Part shown: positions 12,801 to 24,800 of the stretch, piece after piece
Layout: each line of letters opens with the position of its first letter
Position numbering within the stretch: the stretch's first letter is position 1
Origin: Acanthaster planci
Taxonomy: Eukaryota
Assembly: GCF_001949145.1 (NCBI RefSeq)
Contig: NW_019091357.1
Span: forward strand, 2,828,859-2,892,858
DNA: 64,000 nt
Direction of reading: 5' to 3'
The notes under the pieces: model-generated
Told to the model about the DNA's origin: nothing
The model's input: only the letters and a program-made list of their open reading frames with translations
The model's database searches: none
Made by a program: the position numbers and the translations under genes

Positions 12801-15800
12801 CAAAACTGAGTGGTACAGCAAAGGAAAGAGCTTTTTTTTTTCTTTCTATATTGGAAACTCCATTCAGCAGAATCACTAAAAGAAAAATGGCCTAACAACT
12901 CATTTTAAGACATTCGGCCACATCTGCTTTTAATTTGAAATGCTCGGTTCTGCATTTACTGGCTGGTCCTAATTGTGAACAAAAGTGTGCATTGGTGTAC
13001 GGGTAACACTGCATCTGAATTGATTGGTCATGGCTGGCTGGTTTTGAGTCTTAAAGGGGGAGAAACTTGTCATGTTCTTTTCTAAAAACAAGATGTCCAA
13101 CATTTGTTCATCTGTAAAAAGAATCCATCACCCCCCTACCAAAAAATGGTAGTGCCCAATTCCTTAACAAAATGGTAGCATGTTAGTGGAGGAGTAAGTA
13201 GCTGCCACTCCCCCCCCCTTCCCCTTTGGAAACACCCTTGCAGGTAGTAATGCACAGGCCAAGAAGTGGACGTCATAGGCTAGATGTATTGTTGCCAGCT
13301 GGAGCCATGACATTTGAATGCACCTCAGTTTAATAGAGGGTTTGCGTGGCAGCCATTTTGCATGTCAGTGCTTTTGTTCCGCAGTGTATGCGTAATGGAG
13401 GTTTCCTCACGGAAAAAAAAATAAAGTGCCGTGCAAGACTGCTAACACTGGTTGACGGCTCAGGCCAAAAAAAAGGTTCTATTTCTAATTATATGGCATT
13501 TGAAAACAGGGTAGGGAGGTTGAAAATTGGGTTTTCTTGGGAGGGGGTCACTTTCACACTGATTCATTGTGCAGGTGCCAGTAAGTGTGAATTGGGTTAA
13601 GATTATGAACAAGAGCAAGAGATGTTGGGTGGCTTTGTCTCAACTGAAATGAACAGATTTTAAGCACTACTCAATGGCAAGTATAAATACACATGTACGT
13701 CTGTTTGTGCTACAGTCAAACTATAGTAAAAACCTCTTTTTTCTTCATTTCCAATTTTACATTTTCCCCAAATCAACCCCTCCCCCCCAAAACTCCTTTG
13801 GGGTGCGCCGTCAAACTAGAGTACCGGTGGGCGAGTGAAAGGGAAGCATAATATTTGGGGTTTTTTTTGCTTAAGTACTTGTATCTGATGTCATCGTAGG
13901 ACCAATTAAATAGCACTCGCAGGAGACCAATCGAGAAAGGCATTAAATCATTCATGTGCGGACATTAGTTGCTATGTGACGTCCGCCGTCAGAGTGGCAC
14001 GCCACTAATTAATGCTTGCATGCATACACCCCAGCGTTGTAACAGGGATAGCATCTCTGAAGTGGATTTGCGTCGCTCGTCACTGCTGTGGTGTAGGACA
14101 TGCATGGTGTTTTCCCACAACCAAGGATTGTCCTAGATGACGAGCAGCCTGTCGGCCCAAAGCAATATGGCCAAACCCACTTCATCGTCATCGGCCCTTT
14201 ACAACCAGACTTCAGTGTTTATAGTGGCTTACATTGTAAATAAGAATACTGAATTGTTCAGTTTGAACGTATCGGCCTTTGCCACGTTTATTAATTATGC
14301 CAAGACGTCTTTTTAATCACTAATTTTGAATCTCATTAGCAATTTCATGCCAATAAAAATGAAGTGTCATTGTCACAGAACAACTTTGTTGAAGCTATAA
14401 TACAGTGTTCATGATGTGCAGTAATGTTTAGTGCAGTCTTTTTCACAAGGTAGCGTACCCGGCGTATCTAAGATGCAGAAGGTACCGGAAATTTCAAGAG
14501 AAATTGTGAGAATTAGAGAGCACCTCTAAGGAAAACACATTTTCTCTGATTTTATCTTTTCAAATAAACTTGGAAGCATCCAAATCGAATGCAGTGTCAT
14601 TTGTCTTCAGAGCTCAGCTATAACAAGCTAAAAAGGACTTTTTTTCTGTTCATGCCAAGATGCAAATTCTGAATGCAGATTGCGTCATTCTGAGAAAACA
14701 GAAAATATGAGGGGAACCCTTGTCTTGTGTTTGTAGTGGATAAACCCTAGTGCATGTCAAACAGTGCTTGGCATGCACAAGGGTTTATCCCATACGAACA
14801 CAGGGCGAGGGTTCCCCTCGGTTCCTCTGTTTTCTCAGAATGACGCAATCTACATTCAGCATGTTCAGAATTCGCATCTTGACATGAACCCAAAAAAGCC
14901 CTTTTTAGCTAGTTATAATTGAGCTCTGAAGACAAATGACCTTGCATTTGATGTGGATGCTTCCACATTTATTTGAACAGATAAAATCAGAGAAAACGTG
15001 TTTTCCTTTGAGTTGCTCTTTAAGGGAGAAGAGCAAAATTGAATCATTACCATTGGAGAATGCTGTGTGCACCTTCCTAAATGCTGTGAAATCAAATTAC
15101 AGCTTGGCAGAAGAAAATTGGAATTGGAAAACAAATTACTGCAATTAAGCCCTGGGCACCTGCAGGTGTGAAAAGAAAGGTGAATGAACGTGGGGTTCAC
15201 TAAGGGCTCCCGTCACTGAGTTGAAACGAAAAATGTTGACCCTGACATTCACATGTAATGTGTTGAAATGGTCCATTCTTTGGCTCAGGTGCGGCTTCAA
15301 GATGTGCACACCGGTGACGAGATGGTCTTCCCCTGCGGCCGCTGGATGTCACGCCAGGAAGACGACGGTCAGACATGTCGTGAGCTCCCCGTTATGGTGG
15401 ACGGAAGCCCCGTGTTCCCAAGTAAGCTTGAAGGACCAGCATACCCCCCAATGTAGAGTTTTTTTCATCATGTCGATCACCGTTTTTTGCTGAGATATAT
15501 CCTGCAACGTTGACGCATTATGTTGAGGCTAGCGAGTGCAGGAATTAATCTGTAGAAAAAAAACGTTCATTTAGCGAGGCTTTCAATCGTGGGTAGGAAC
15601 TGGGACTTTTTAGGAAAAAAACGGAGCACTTTAAATTGTTAGCTATTAAAAAAAGAAGAATTGGACGTGAGCGCAAGTTCTGTCACAAGTAATTCGTGCA
15701 TTTCTTATGTGAGTTGTGTCAGTCTGTGTGTCGGTCTGTATGTCAGTCTGTGTGTCTGTGTGTCAGTCTGTGTGTCGGTCTGTGTGTGTGTCTGTGTGTC

Positions 15801-18800
15801 GGTCTGTGTGTCACCAGATGCTTATATTCTCACTCTTCATATCCGTTGTAGTATCACTCCCATCAATTCCTTTTTTTGATTTCCCGAGAGCTCATCACTT
15901 GATATTCGCTGTCTCCACTCTTATACCGTGCAATCCCCAAACCTCATATTCTCTCTTGAAATCCGTGGGCTAAATTGAGGCATGACAAATCAAATATTGA
16001 TGGCTTGAATATTTTTTGTTGGTAATGCAAACCTCCCTCGGCAATCCTTGAATGTTCCATCCTCTCTTGGCTGCATTGTTAATATTTTTTCCACTCATTG
16101 GACAGCAGTAATCACTTATTGGCCTTGTGCTGCGGGAAAGAATGAAGACTGTTTTCTCGAATGGCTTAGACAAGTCTGCGAAGTTCAAACATGCTCGGCA
16201 TGCTTTGTTGGATATCTTTGAAACATGACATTGCCTTCCCTTTTCCAGTTGTCAGTTATCATGTGGCGGTTGTCACTGGCAACTATTGGAACGCCGGTAC
16301 CACCGCCAAGGTGTACATAACCGTGTATGGGGAGAGAGGGGACACCGGTCCACGGTTACTGCATAAAACCAAGAGGGCCAAGAAATTTGAGAAAGGAAAG
16401 GTGAGTGCCTTCCGCTCAGCTATTTCTGTCTCATAGTCAACAACATTGTTGAAATATGCTTGCATCTGCCTTTCTTATCCTGAGAACCTAAACATATCAC
16501 CCACAGCACGATCAGGATTTCATGTTAACTCCAAATTACTGGCCTCCGTTGTCAATATCTACACAGTTCAGATAAAAGTAAATGTTTTACGTATATATAT
16601 GCCTTATGATCAGCCTCCAAGCAAGATTGTCAACAATTTGGAATAATCCAAGAAATTGCGTTATTGGGTCATGGATTTTCATAACTCGGTCACGGCAAAG
16701 TCATGGAATTTAATTGTCCTTTAAGTGCAGGAACCCTGCCCTGCATTTTTCCGCATCAATACTTCAATCCTTGGCACCAAATTTGCCATTTCTGCCCAAA
16801 CGGTTCGTACCAGTGGATTAGACGCAGCTTTCTTTCTTGGGTCTGTGAAAGCATCTTGTCCACAATGACTACGCTTTATTTTTTGTTCTTTACTGGCTCA
16901 GCTCCATTATAACAGTCTTGGCTCTATGCCAGAAATGAACAGCAAATATGACTTAGAAATGCCTGACTTGTTCTCAGGGTTGTTTCAAGGTTAATGCCAG
17001 TGCCAATTGGACTGAAAATACAAAGAGTGTACTTATTTCAACCATTCATAAGTGCTTTTAGGGTTTATAGTCTTAGGGTTTATAGGGTAATTCAAGCAGA
17101 ACTCATATTTAGCCTAAAGAAATGGATCTTAGCTGAGAAGACCCTTTTGGAGGGGATGTCCGGGGGGGGGTTGTGGAAGCCAGCATTTTTGGTGGGGGGG
17201 TATTATTGCGAGAATTGCCCAAGAAAAGGCCCCTGATTAGGGCTGTTCCCTGACACACGGGTAGCAATACGGTATAGTATTTGCAGCCCCCCTCCCCCCA
17301 TTGCCATGTTTGTTATTTTTTTAGGAATTGAAAGTACTGATACTCTCAAAATGGCACTAAATTTTTGGGGGGGAGGGAAGGACTCTGTCCAAAAAATGGG
17401 ACTACCTTTTGGAAACAAAAATCCCAGTTTTCCCCCTCCCCACCAAAACCTTGTACTCACGTTTGTTGCCTTACGTGGTATGTTTCATCAAACATGACAC
17501 TCTTTGGGTGTTTGTTTTCTCTAGACCTTGGTCACATTTCGACCCCCAAAATATACTGCATATAGGTTGTGTAATTCTGTCGAAAAACAGCCAGATTAAG
17601 AACGCCGCTCGAGGAAATTTGAAAAATTCAAAGTGCATCATTGGTGGATGGACTTTGGACAAAAAGGCAAAGACTGTGGTTAAAGGCACCTCTGAAGAGT
17701 TTTGTCGACTGAGTAACGGTTACAATCTTCCCTCTTGTGGGTACCCTGAAAATGTCCAAGGCCGTGTTTACCAGTGCCAAAATCTTTTATTGCGGTGTAT
17801 AGGGCATGAGCAAAAACGGTAATTTGCCTGATAAAACACGATACCTTAGCATTGATTCGTAGGGTTTTCATATTTGTAATATTAACAGACGGATGTATTC
17901 AACATTGAGGCAGTATCTCTTGGAATGCTGAAGAAGATTCTCATCGGTCATAACTCAACCGACCCAGGTAAGTGGATTTCGTTTGCATAAACCCCCAAAA
18001 CGAGGCCACTGGCTGCAGACCACGGAAAACAGAAAACAACAGTCCTAATGAAAGTTGTGAAAAATCACGGATGCACGGAGAGGCACTGTCTGGGGGGGAA
18101 AAATCATTTCCCCACCAAAGTTAATTAAATCCAAGGCCAAGAGGTAGGTTGTTGATATCTTCCATTTCATTACATGACATCATCCTGTGATGAGATGATA
18201 AAATCTCAGCATATCAGATAGCACCTCTAGAGATTTCTAGTAAATTGGACATGTTGCTTTCATGTTCAAATGTTACCCAGCTTCTGTTTCTTCCATTTGC
18301 CCTCCAGATTTACATGTATGTGTACATAAAGCGGAAAAAAAAAGTTTCCCCCAAACTCTCTACTTTGCTTTAGACATGCATCTTTCGAACGCAACTCTTT
18401 TACCTGAAGAAGTCCAGAGTACACTCTTTGCAATATTGAGTGAAACTTTCTGTTCTCACAAAAGAGAATTGCTCACATGGCTTTACCACAGACCTCCTCA
18501 CAATTGACATCTTAGGAAATTGAATGCATTAGTCACTGACCATCGATGTTTTTTAAATGCATCCAGGTAAACATTTTGGCTCACGGCATCTTCTGTTTGT
18601 GGCTAAAGGCGCCTTTACGCTTGTCAACACTTGTGCCAAGTGTTGCGTATCCGTCAAAATCGCTCGCTGTGTGATTTTGATGGCCAAACGCAATGCATGT
18701 GTGTGTGTTACATGTATGTTAATGGATTTGATTTTTGTGTCCTTGAAAGTGGAACGCATGAACGCATTCGTCGCATTGTGTACGCAACGCATCCCAAAAC

Positions 18801-21800
18801 ATAAATGTGGAAAGGCGGCTTAAAGCGTAGGCTGATTGTTTCAGTGCTGTGAGAGATCCTATTTCTGGGCATTTGCAAACTGAAACACACGGTCTCATCC
18901 TCAACACATCCCCCTCTCTCATGGCTGCAGAGGATGGCTGGTACCTGGAAAAGGTGGTCGTCAAAGATCACAAGGGCTCCAGTCTGGAGTCTGTCTTTCC
19001 CTGCCACTGTTGGCTGGATGCGACGCTCGACGAGGACGGCAAGACCAGCAGGGAGATCTACGTCAGCAACAAACCCACCAATTGTGAGTTGACGGTCGTC
19101 ACCGACCTGATCCACCCCACATACCCTCACCTTAACCTTCCCAGATCCATCAAAATCCCTGGGAGTGTTGCAAAGATTTTGTAGGTTGAAGGAACTTGAA
19201 GGCACAGCTGAGCCACTTGTACTTAACTTTCAATTCGGCCATGCCCATTTAGAAGTTCACAGATTCCTACGCAGTGGGGGATTTTGAAGGATGCAGGAAG
19301 GTAGCTTTCCACTTGCATGCCATTTCAAGTGCTTTGAATAAGAAATGAACCATTAATTTGCTCTGTGTTGCCCGCCAACTCTGACTAAAAACTCAATATG
19401 TTTGTTTTTTGAAAAAAAAAGCATTAAACTTTTGTCGCTTTTAGTGTAAATGACTGTTGGATTAGAGTTGTCCATTTTCTGCCATTTTTTAATTTCAGAT
19501 TGCAGTGCTATTTTTTGGACATTTTCATGTGGTGTAAACAAAAGAAAAATTGTTTTTTAACATCATAACCCCAAACAGAACCAAAGGCCATATGTGACTG
19601 CTCTCCCAAGCACCAACTTTCCAAACTCTCGACTAAGTCAATCCAGGTACTGGGTTGGACTTCCTCAGCACGTCCTAACTTTGTAATTAAATTTCACCCA
19701 AAGGACGCATCCCATAATTCACATGCCACCTGTGCACTAGACATGTTTCCTTGGGGCCTCTGCATTCCTGATAAGATTTGTTTTCTGAGAACACCCATTA
19801 TCAAAATCTCCATTAGCGACCCTTCTGTACTGTCGGTAATGACAATTAGTGCGGGGTAAGTGTCTTCTACGGTGATCACTAATGAAGTAATACATATACA
19901 TCCCAAGAAGCTCAAACTTTGAATGAGAATTTAAGGAGGAAATTTTCTCCTAAGTCTTCCATTGATGAGGGTTTCCATGGTTGCAGCTCCTTTTGTGAAG
20001 AGGTATTGCATGTAGATAATGAAGGACAGCTTTCAGAAAAAAACAAAAAGAAAGAAAGAAAAAACGCAAATGCATCAACGGAGATGAATGAGAGATACTT
20101 CGTGTCTGTCTGTGGCGTTCATTTTCCTTGACCTTTAACCTCAACTTGCATGAGCATGTACATGTAGAGTTGGCTGTTCTGATTTGACGTGCTTTTTTGT
20201 TTTTTTGGTGTGCTTGAACACGACAAAAGTGAAATCTACCACTTGGCTTTATGCCAAAGATGATCAGCTGTAATCTGCTGCCCCTTCGTATGATGACAAT
20301 TCTAATTTTACCTTTTGTTGTCAGTACTGTAACATTCTCATTGAATGGAAAGACAATTGGGTGATACTCAAGTAAACTGTCCCGTAAAAGACTAGTTGTA
20401 CCGGTAAAACAGTTTTGAAATATTCTGTTTCAATGAAAGATTTCTTTCAAGTTCAAAATAAGGCCCTGATATGTCAAAAGTCATTTGACTGCCATAAGGA
20501 CCTTTTGGTACTGAGCCGAAAATTAAAGTATTTCGATTTAAGCAGTGTACACATTGAGGAATTTGACATACATTGAGGTATTTTTCACACATTGAGGTAT
20601 TTTTCACACATTGAGGTATTTTTCACGCATTGAGGTATTTTTCACACATTGAGGTATTTTTCACACATTGAGGTATTTTCACACATTGAGGTATTTTTCA
20701 CACATAGAGTTATTTTTCATACATTGAATTATTTTTCACACAGTTAAGCACCATCGTATGATGGTTCTGGGAAAGGCACAGTAGTATGTATTATGCATAT
20801 TTTTTGAAATGGTTTGAATCACAGTTCATTCTTATCTTTAGCTGTGTTTTGATTGGCTCGTTACTAATAATACTATTCTTGGTCATTTCCATTTTATTTC
20901 ATGCTTGGTTGTCATGGCTGCATGCATCTCATGATTGGATTTGCAGTGGAAAAAGAAATGGTGAGGATTGGACATTGTTGTTGATTGGACATTTTTTGTA
21001 GTGTCAAGAAAGAAATTACATTGCACTTTGTTCAGTGTGAAAAAAGTGTGTTAAACTTTGAACAAACGGGGAACATGAACACCAAAGCAGGCATTTCACA
21101 ATAGCGTGCCACTGAGAATGTTCAATGTGTGAAAAGCATCGACCCTTTCCAACTGCGCATTGCTGGTTGACACATCCGAACGTGTCAGCCCATTCAATCA
21201 CGCATTGCGTACAGTGGCCACTGCGCTGCAAATTCCTGGTGGCGCACTATTGTGAAATGCCCTTATTGGAGAATCTAGCCCATAACCATTCAGATCTGTT
21301 CCTATTTGTTCATGCAGTAATACTGTAAGTGTGAAACCGGTAGCATACATATATGTGACCTGCTCTACAAAAAGGTGTATTAATTCGCGCCATGCAAAAC
21401 GCGTAATGGCTCATTCCATGTGCCGAGGGTGGAAATATTTGGAAATATTTTGAGGCCAATTGCTTGACCAGAAAGCCTCTGTGGCTATGGGAAACCAAGA
21501 GAGTGTCTAATTTAACTTTAATGTTTCTGTGCATTAAGTATCAAGGGCATTATCTCAAAACCCATTTGTGATAAAATGAAATTGTATGAATATACAAATG
21601 GCAAATAACTCCAAACCGCAAAATGCCACTGGGATGAATTATATATCAAACGAAAGCTTAGGATGTATGCAATTTGATTGAATATGATTTTGAATTTGAT
21701 TCAAAAAAATGTTACATAATACACTCTGTTCCGAGAACGTGTACACGTCTAATGCATTATAGCAGTGTACCGGTGTGCAGGTATTTCTAATGTGATCTTG

Positions 21801-24800
21801 ATGAGTTATATGGCAGATCAAGCGCTGATGTCCCCCCCCAGCTCATTTCACGCCTAGTGCCACCATCCAGACGCAAGTTCTAACAGCTGTGTGCGTGGCT
21901 TTTCTCAACCTAAACGAAAACACATTTGGCTTTTCTTTCAATCGATCTGTTTGTCAACTTCACAATATCTTACTCAGTGGGAGCAGGAGAAGTGGAAGTT
22001 TAAGCCTAGCAACCAGATGGTCTTCATCAGCAAAGGATCCGGGAAAGCCGTACAGATCAAGGCAGACGGTTCCGTGGAGGCAACTGCTGACCCGTATTCC
22101 CTCCCCAAAACAGGTAAAGGGTGAGGATTTCTTTTTTTCAGCTTCAGCAGAAAGCAGACAGAATGTAGAGAATAGGGCTGGGCAATTGGAATAATTCACC
22201 ATTAGAATATTTGACCTTCAATTCGATCGAATATCTGAATATTCAATCCTACATGTACCAACTGGCAGATTGTTGATAAACCATGTACAAAATCAGTTGC
22301 AATAATGTACACAATTGTACATTATAATCACTATTAGCTTCTCACATCTAGGAGTATCTCCAGCCACAGTTTAAGAGACAAACAATACTTTTTGTCCTGT
22401 TGAAAATTTCTAATCCTTTAGATTTTTTAATGAATGATTTACTTTTTGAATTGTTGTAAGATTTCTGTCGCTTTTCATTTCAATCTGCTTGAAACAAGCC
22501 TCCATAATGCAACTTTTCTCATTTAAAACAAAAATAATCTCCCTTCCTTTTCTTGAATTTTGCATTTGAATATTTGAAGTCGGAAAAGAAGATTCGGATA
22601 TGCGATAATTGATCGAATAGTCGGATATTTGGCACAGCTCTAGTGGAGATTTACCCTTTCAAAATGGAGTTTAGCTAAAAAAAAACGCTGTCCAAGTCAG
22701 GGTTCTAGAAATCGAACAACAAGCACATGTTGTTTTCTGACGTTCTGATTAGTCAGTTCACAGTGCCATGTCCACCTTTGTCATGGTTCAGTTTGTTTCA
22801 AAAAGTGACAAAGACATGAACATGTATGCTTGACAGAAGTGTTGGCCCAGCCATTTTAAGTTGATGTCGAGGGCACAGCACACTTTGAAGTTAAAAGGAG
22901 TTTTTAGAAGCCATGTTAATTAATTGATAATGGAACTGGGAGAAAACTGTCTTCAGAGGGGGCTGTTGTTTTCTTTGTTCTGTATAATTGGTCTTGTTAA
23001 CGATATGTGCGGGGCTGCATACCTGCGGGTAATAGTAATTTATTTTACTGTTGCAGTCCCTGACCCACATAACTGTTATTTGTCTTGTTATGTATTCAGA
23101 TTTTTGTCCCTGGTCCCTGCTACTGCTTATGTTGACTTGTATGTGTGTTTTGGTTCTTTTTCATGTACATGTACTTTTTTGTTCGACATTACTTTGTTTG
23201 TTCTTGTGATGGTTAAATAAATAATAATAATAATATTTTAGATTTCAAACTGAAGAAAGTACATCTACCACTGTAACTCTTTGATAAAGTGCAAGAAAAT
23301 CAGCTAATAATTTTCCTCTCCAGTGTTAATCGGATCAGTTTGATCACGGCTTAAGTTTGCCAGTATTTTTGTCCTGCAGCAATATTTGAAGCGCAGAAGG
23401 TAAAACCCAATGTCCACATCATCAGCAGCGTTGCAAACCCAGAGCACTGTATTACAATGGACTCCAACAAGATATCCAACAAGGTAAGATTTCAAGTCAT
23501 TCAAGAAGAGATATCGACAAATGGGAAGAGCCACCAACATAACGCTGGGTAGAGCACTGGTACGGTGTTCCAGAGGCCGCAGGTTCAAATCCCGCTCCAG
23601 TCAATTTTCTTTGTTCATCTTTATAATCATTTATAAGCACCTAGTCAGTTTCCCTATATAGTTGCTTTCATGAAAGAACTTCACAGAAAATGGAACAAAA
23701 ACCCCCAAACAGAAAAAAAGAAGACCACACATGCATGCATAAAACAAAATCACACTTAACAAAACTTCCAAAACCAGTAACCTGTCTTCGCATGTGTATT
23801 TTAAATACACAGGTGTAAGTATTCTTCGGGTGAGCGTACTAAAGTTGGGAAATGTGTCGGGAGCGTTTTTACCCCCAAAAAGAGTTTTTTGTTTACGTCG
23901 ATTGAGTATACAGTTTAATCTGAAATCAAATGTCAGTGTCATTTCTGTGGTATTCGTTACTGTGGAAAACTCTTCTCCCCAAGGGGAAGGGAAACGAACT
24001 GAAGCTGCGCGTTCAGATGGATAGGAGCATCGTCATTGAGACGGCCAAGAATTCATCCCAGCTGTTGACGTTTGGCCAAACAGGGAAGCCAGGCGACGTG
24101 CGGGGTCCGGCGTTGGGTCCAAACCGGCAGTTCTTCTGCTACGTCAAGGTACGACTCTTGACCCAACTGGTGTCGACACTTTTGGTGAAAGTGGGGTTTA
24201 GTTTGAGCAGCTGCAAAGGCAGAGATGCTGCCAGAGGTGGGAAATATACATTACCTACAGTGGGAAGAGCCCAAGCCAATCACAGAAGGTGCAACTCCTG
24301 CCTAATACCAGCAGTGTATTATGGGAAATGGTCAACATCCCTTAATACACATTATGCATTAATTTATTTGAATACATGTAGCATTAGGTGACGGACGTTA
24401 GACAGTTGTGGCTTTTTGCGATTTTTATTCTTTTTTCTTTTACATTTACAGGTAAATGGAATGTTTTCTATAAATAATTTTGCCGTGTTTCTAAAAAATG
24501 CATTTGTGCAAATGAAAAGCATTCTCCCATGTCTTTAAATCCGGACGTTGCAAGTTGCAAGTCAGAACTTGTCTATGCGCAGTTTATTGGAGTAAGGGGG
24601 GCCTTGTCTTCTTTTCAGGGCATGTTCCGAGACGAAGGCATTACGATGTTCTACACCTCCCGCATCCAGACCCTGACGGTCACGCCCGACCGGTCGTGCC
24701 GCGCCACAGGTCAGAGGTCGGAGGAAGCCTACTGGAGGATACACAAGGTTGGGGATAGCGGCTCCGTACGGATGTTGGAGAGCCTGTCCCAACCCGGAAG

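Noticed and set aside
23545..23620. Possible tRNA gene (also ~52816-52878 and the B-box at ~31900)
   Set aside because: A/B boxes are present, but I could not build an acceptor stem or full cloverleaf; better explained as SINE heads.
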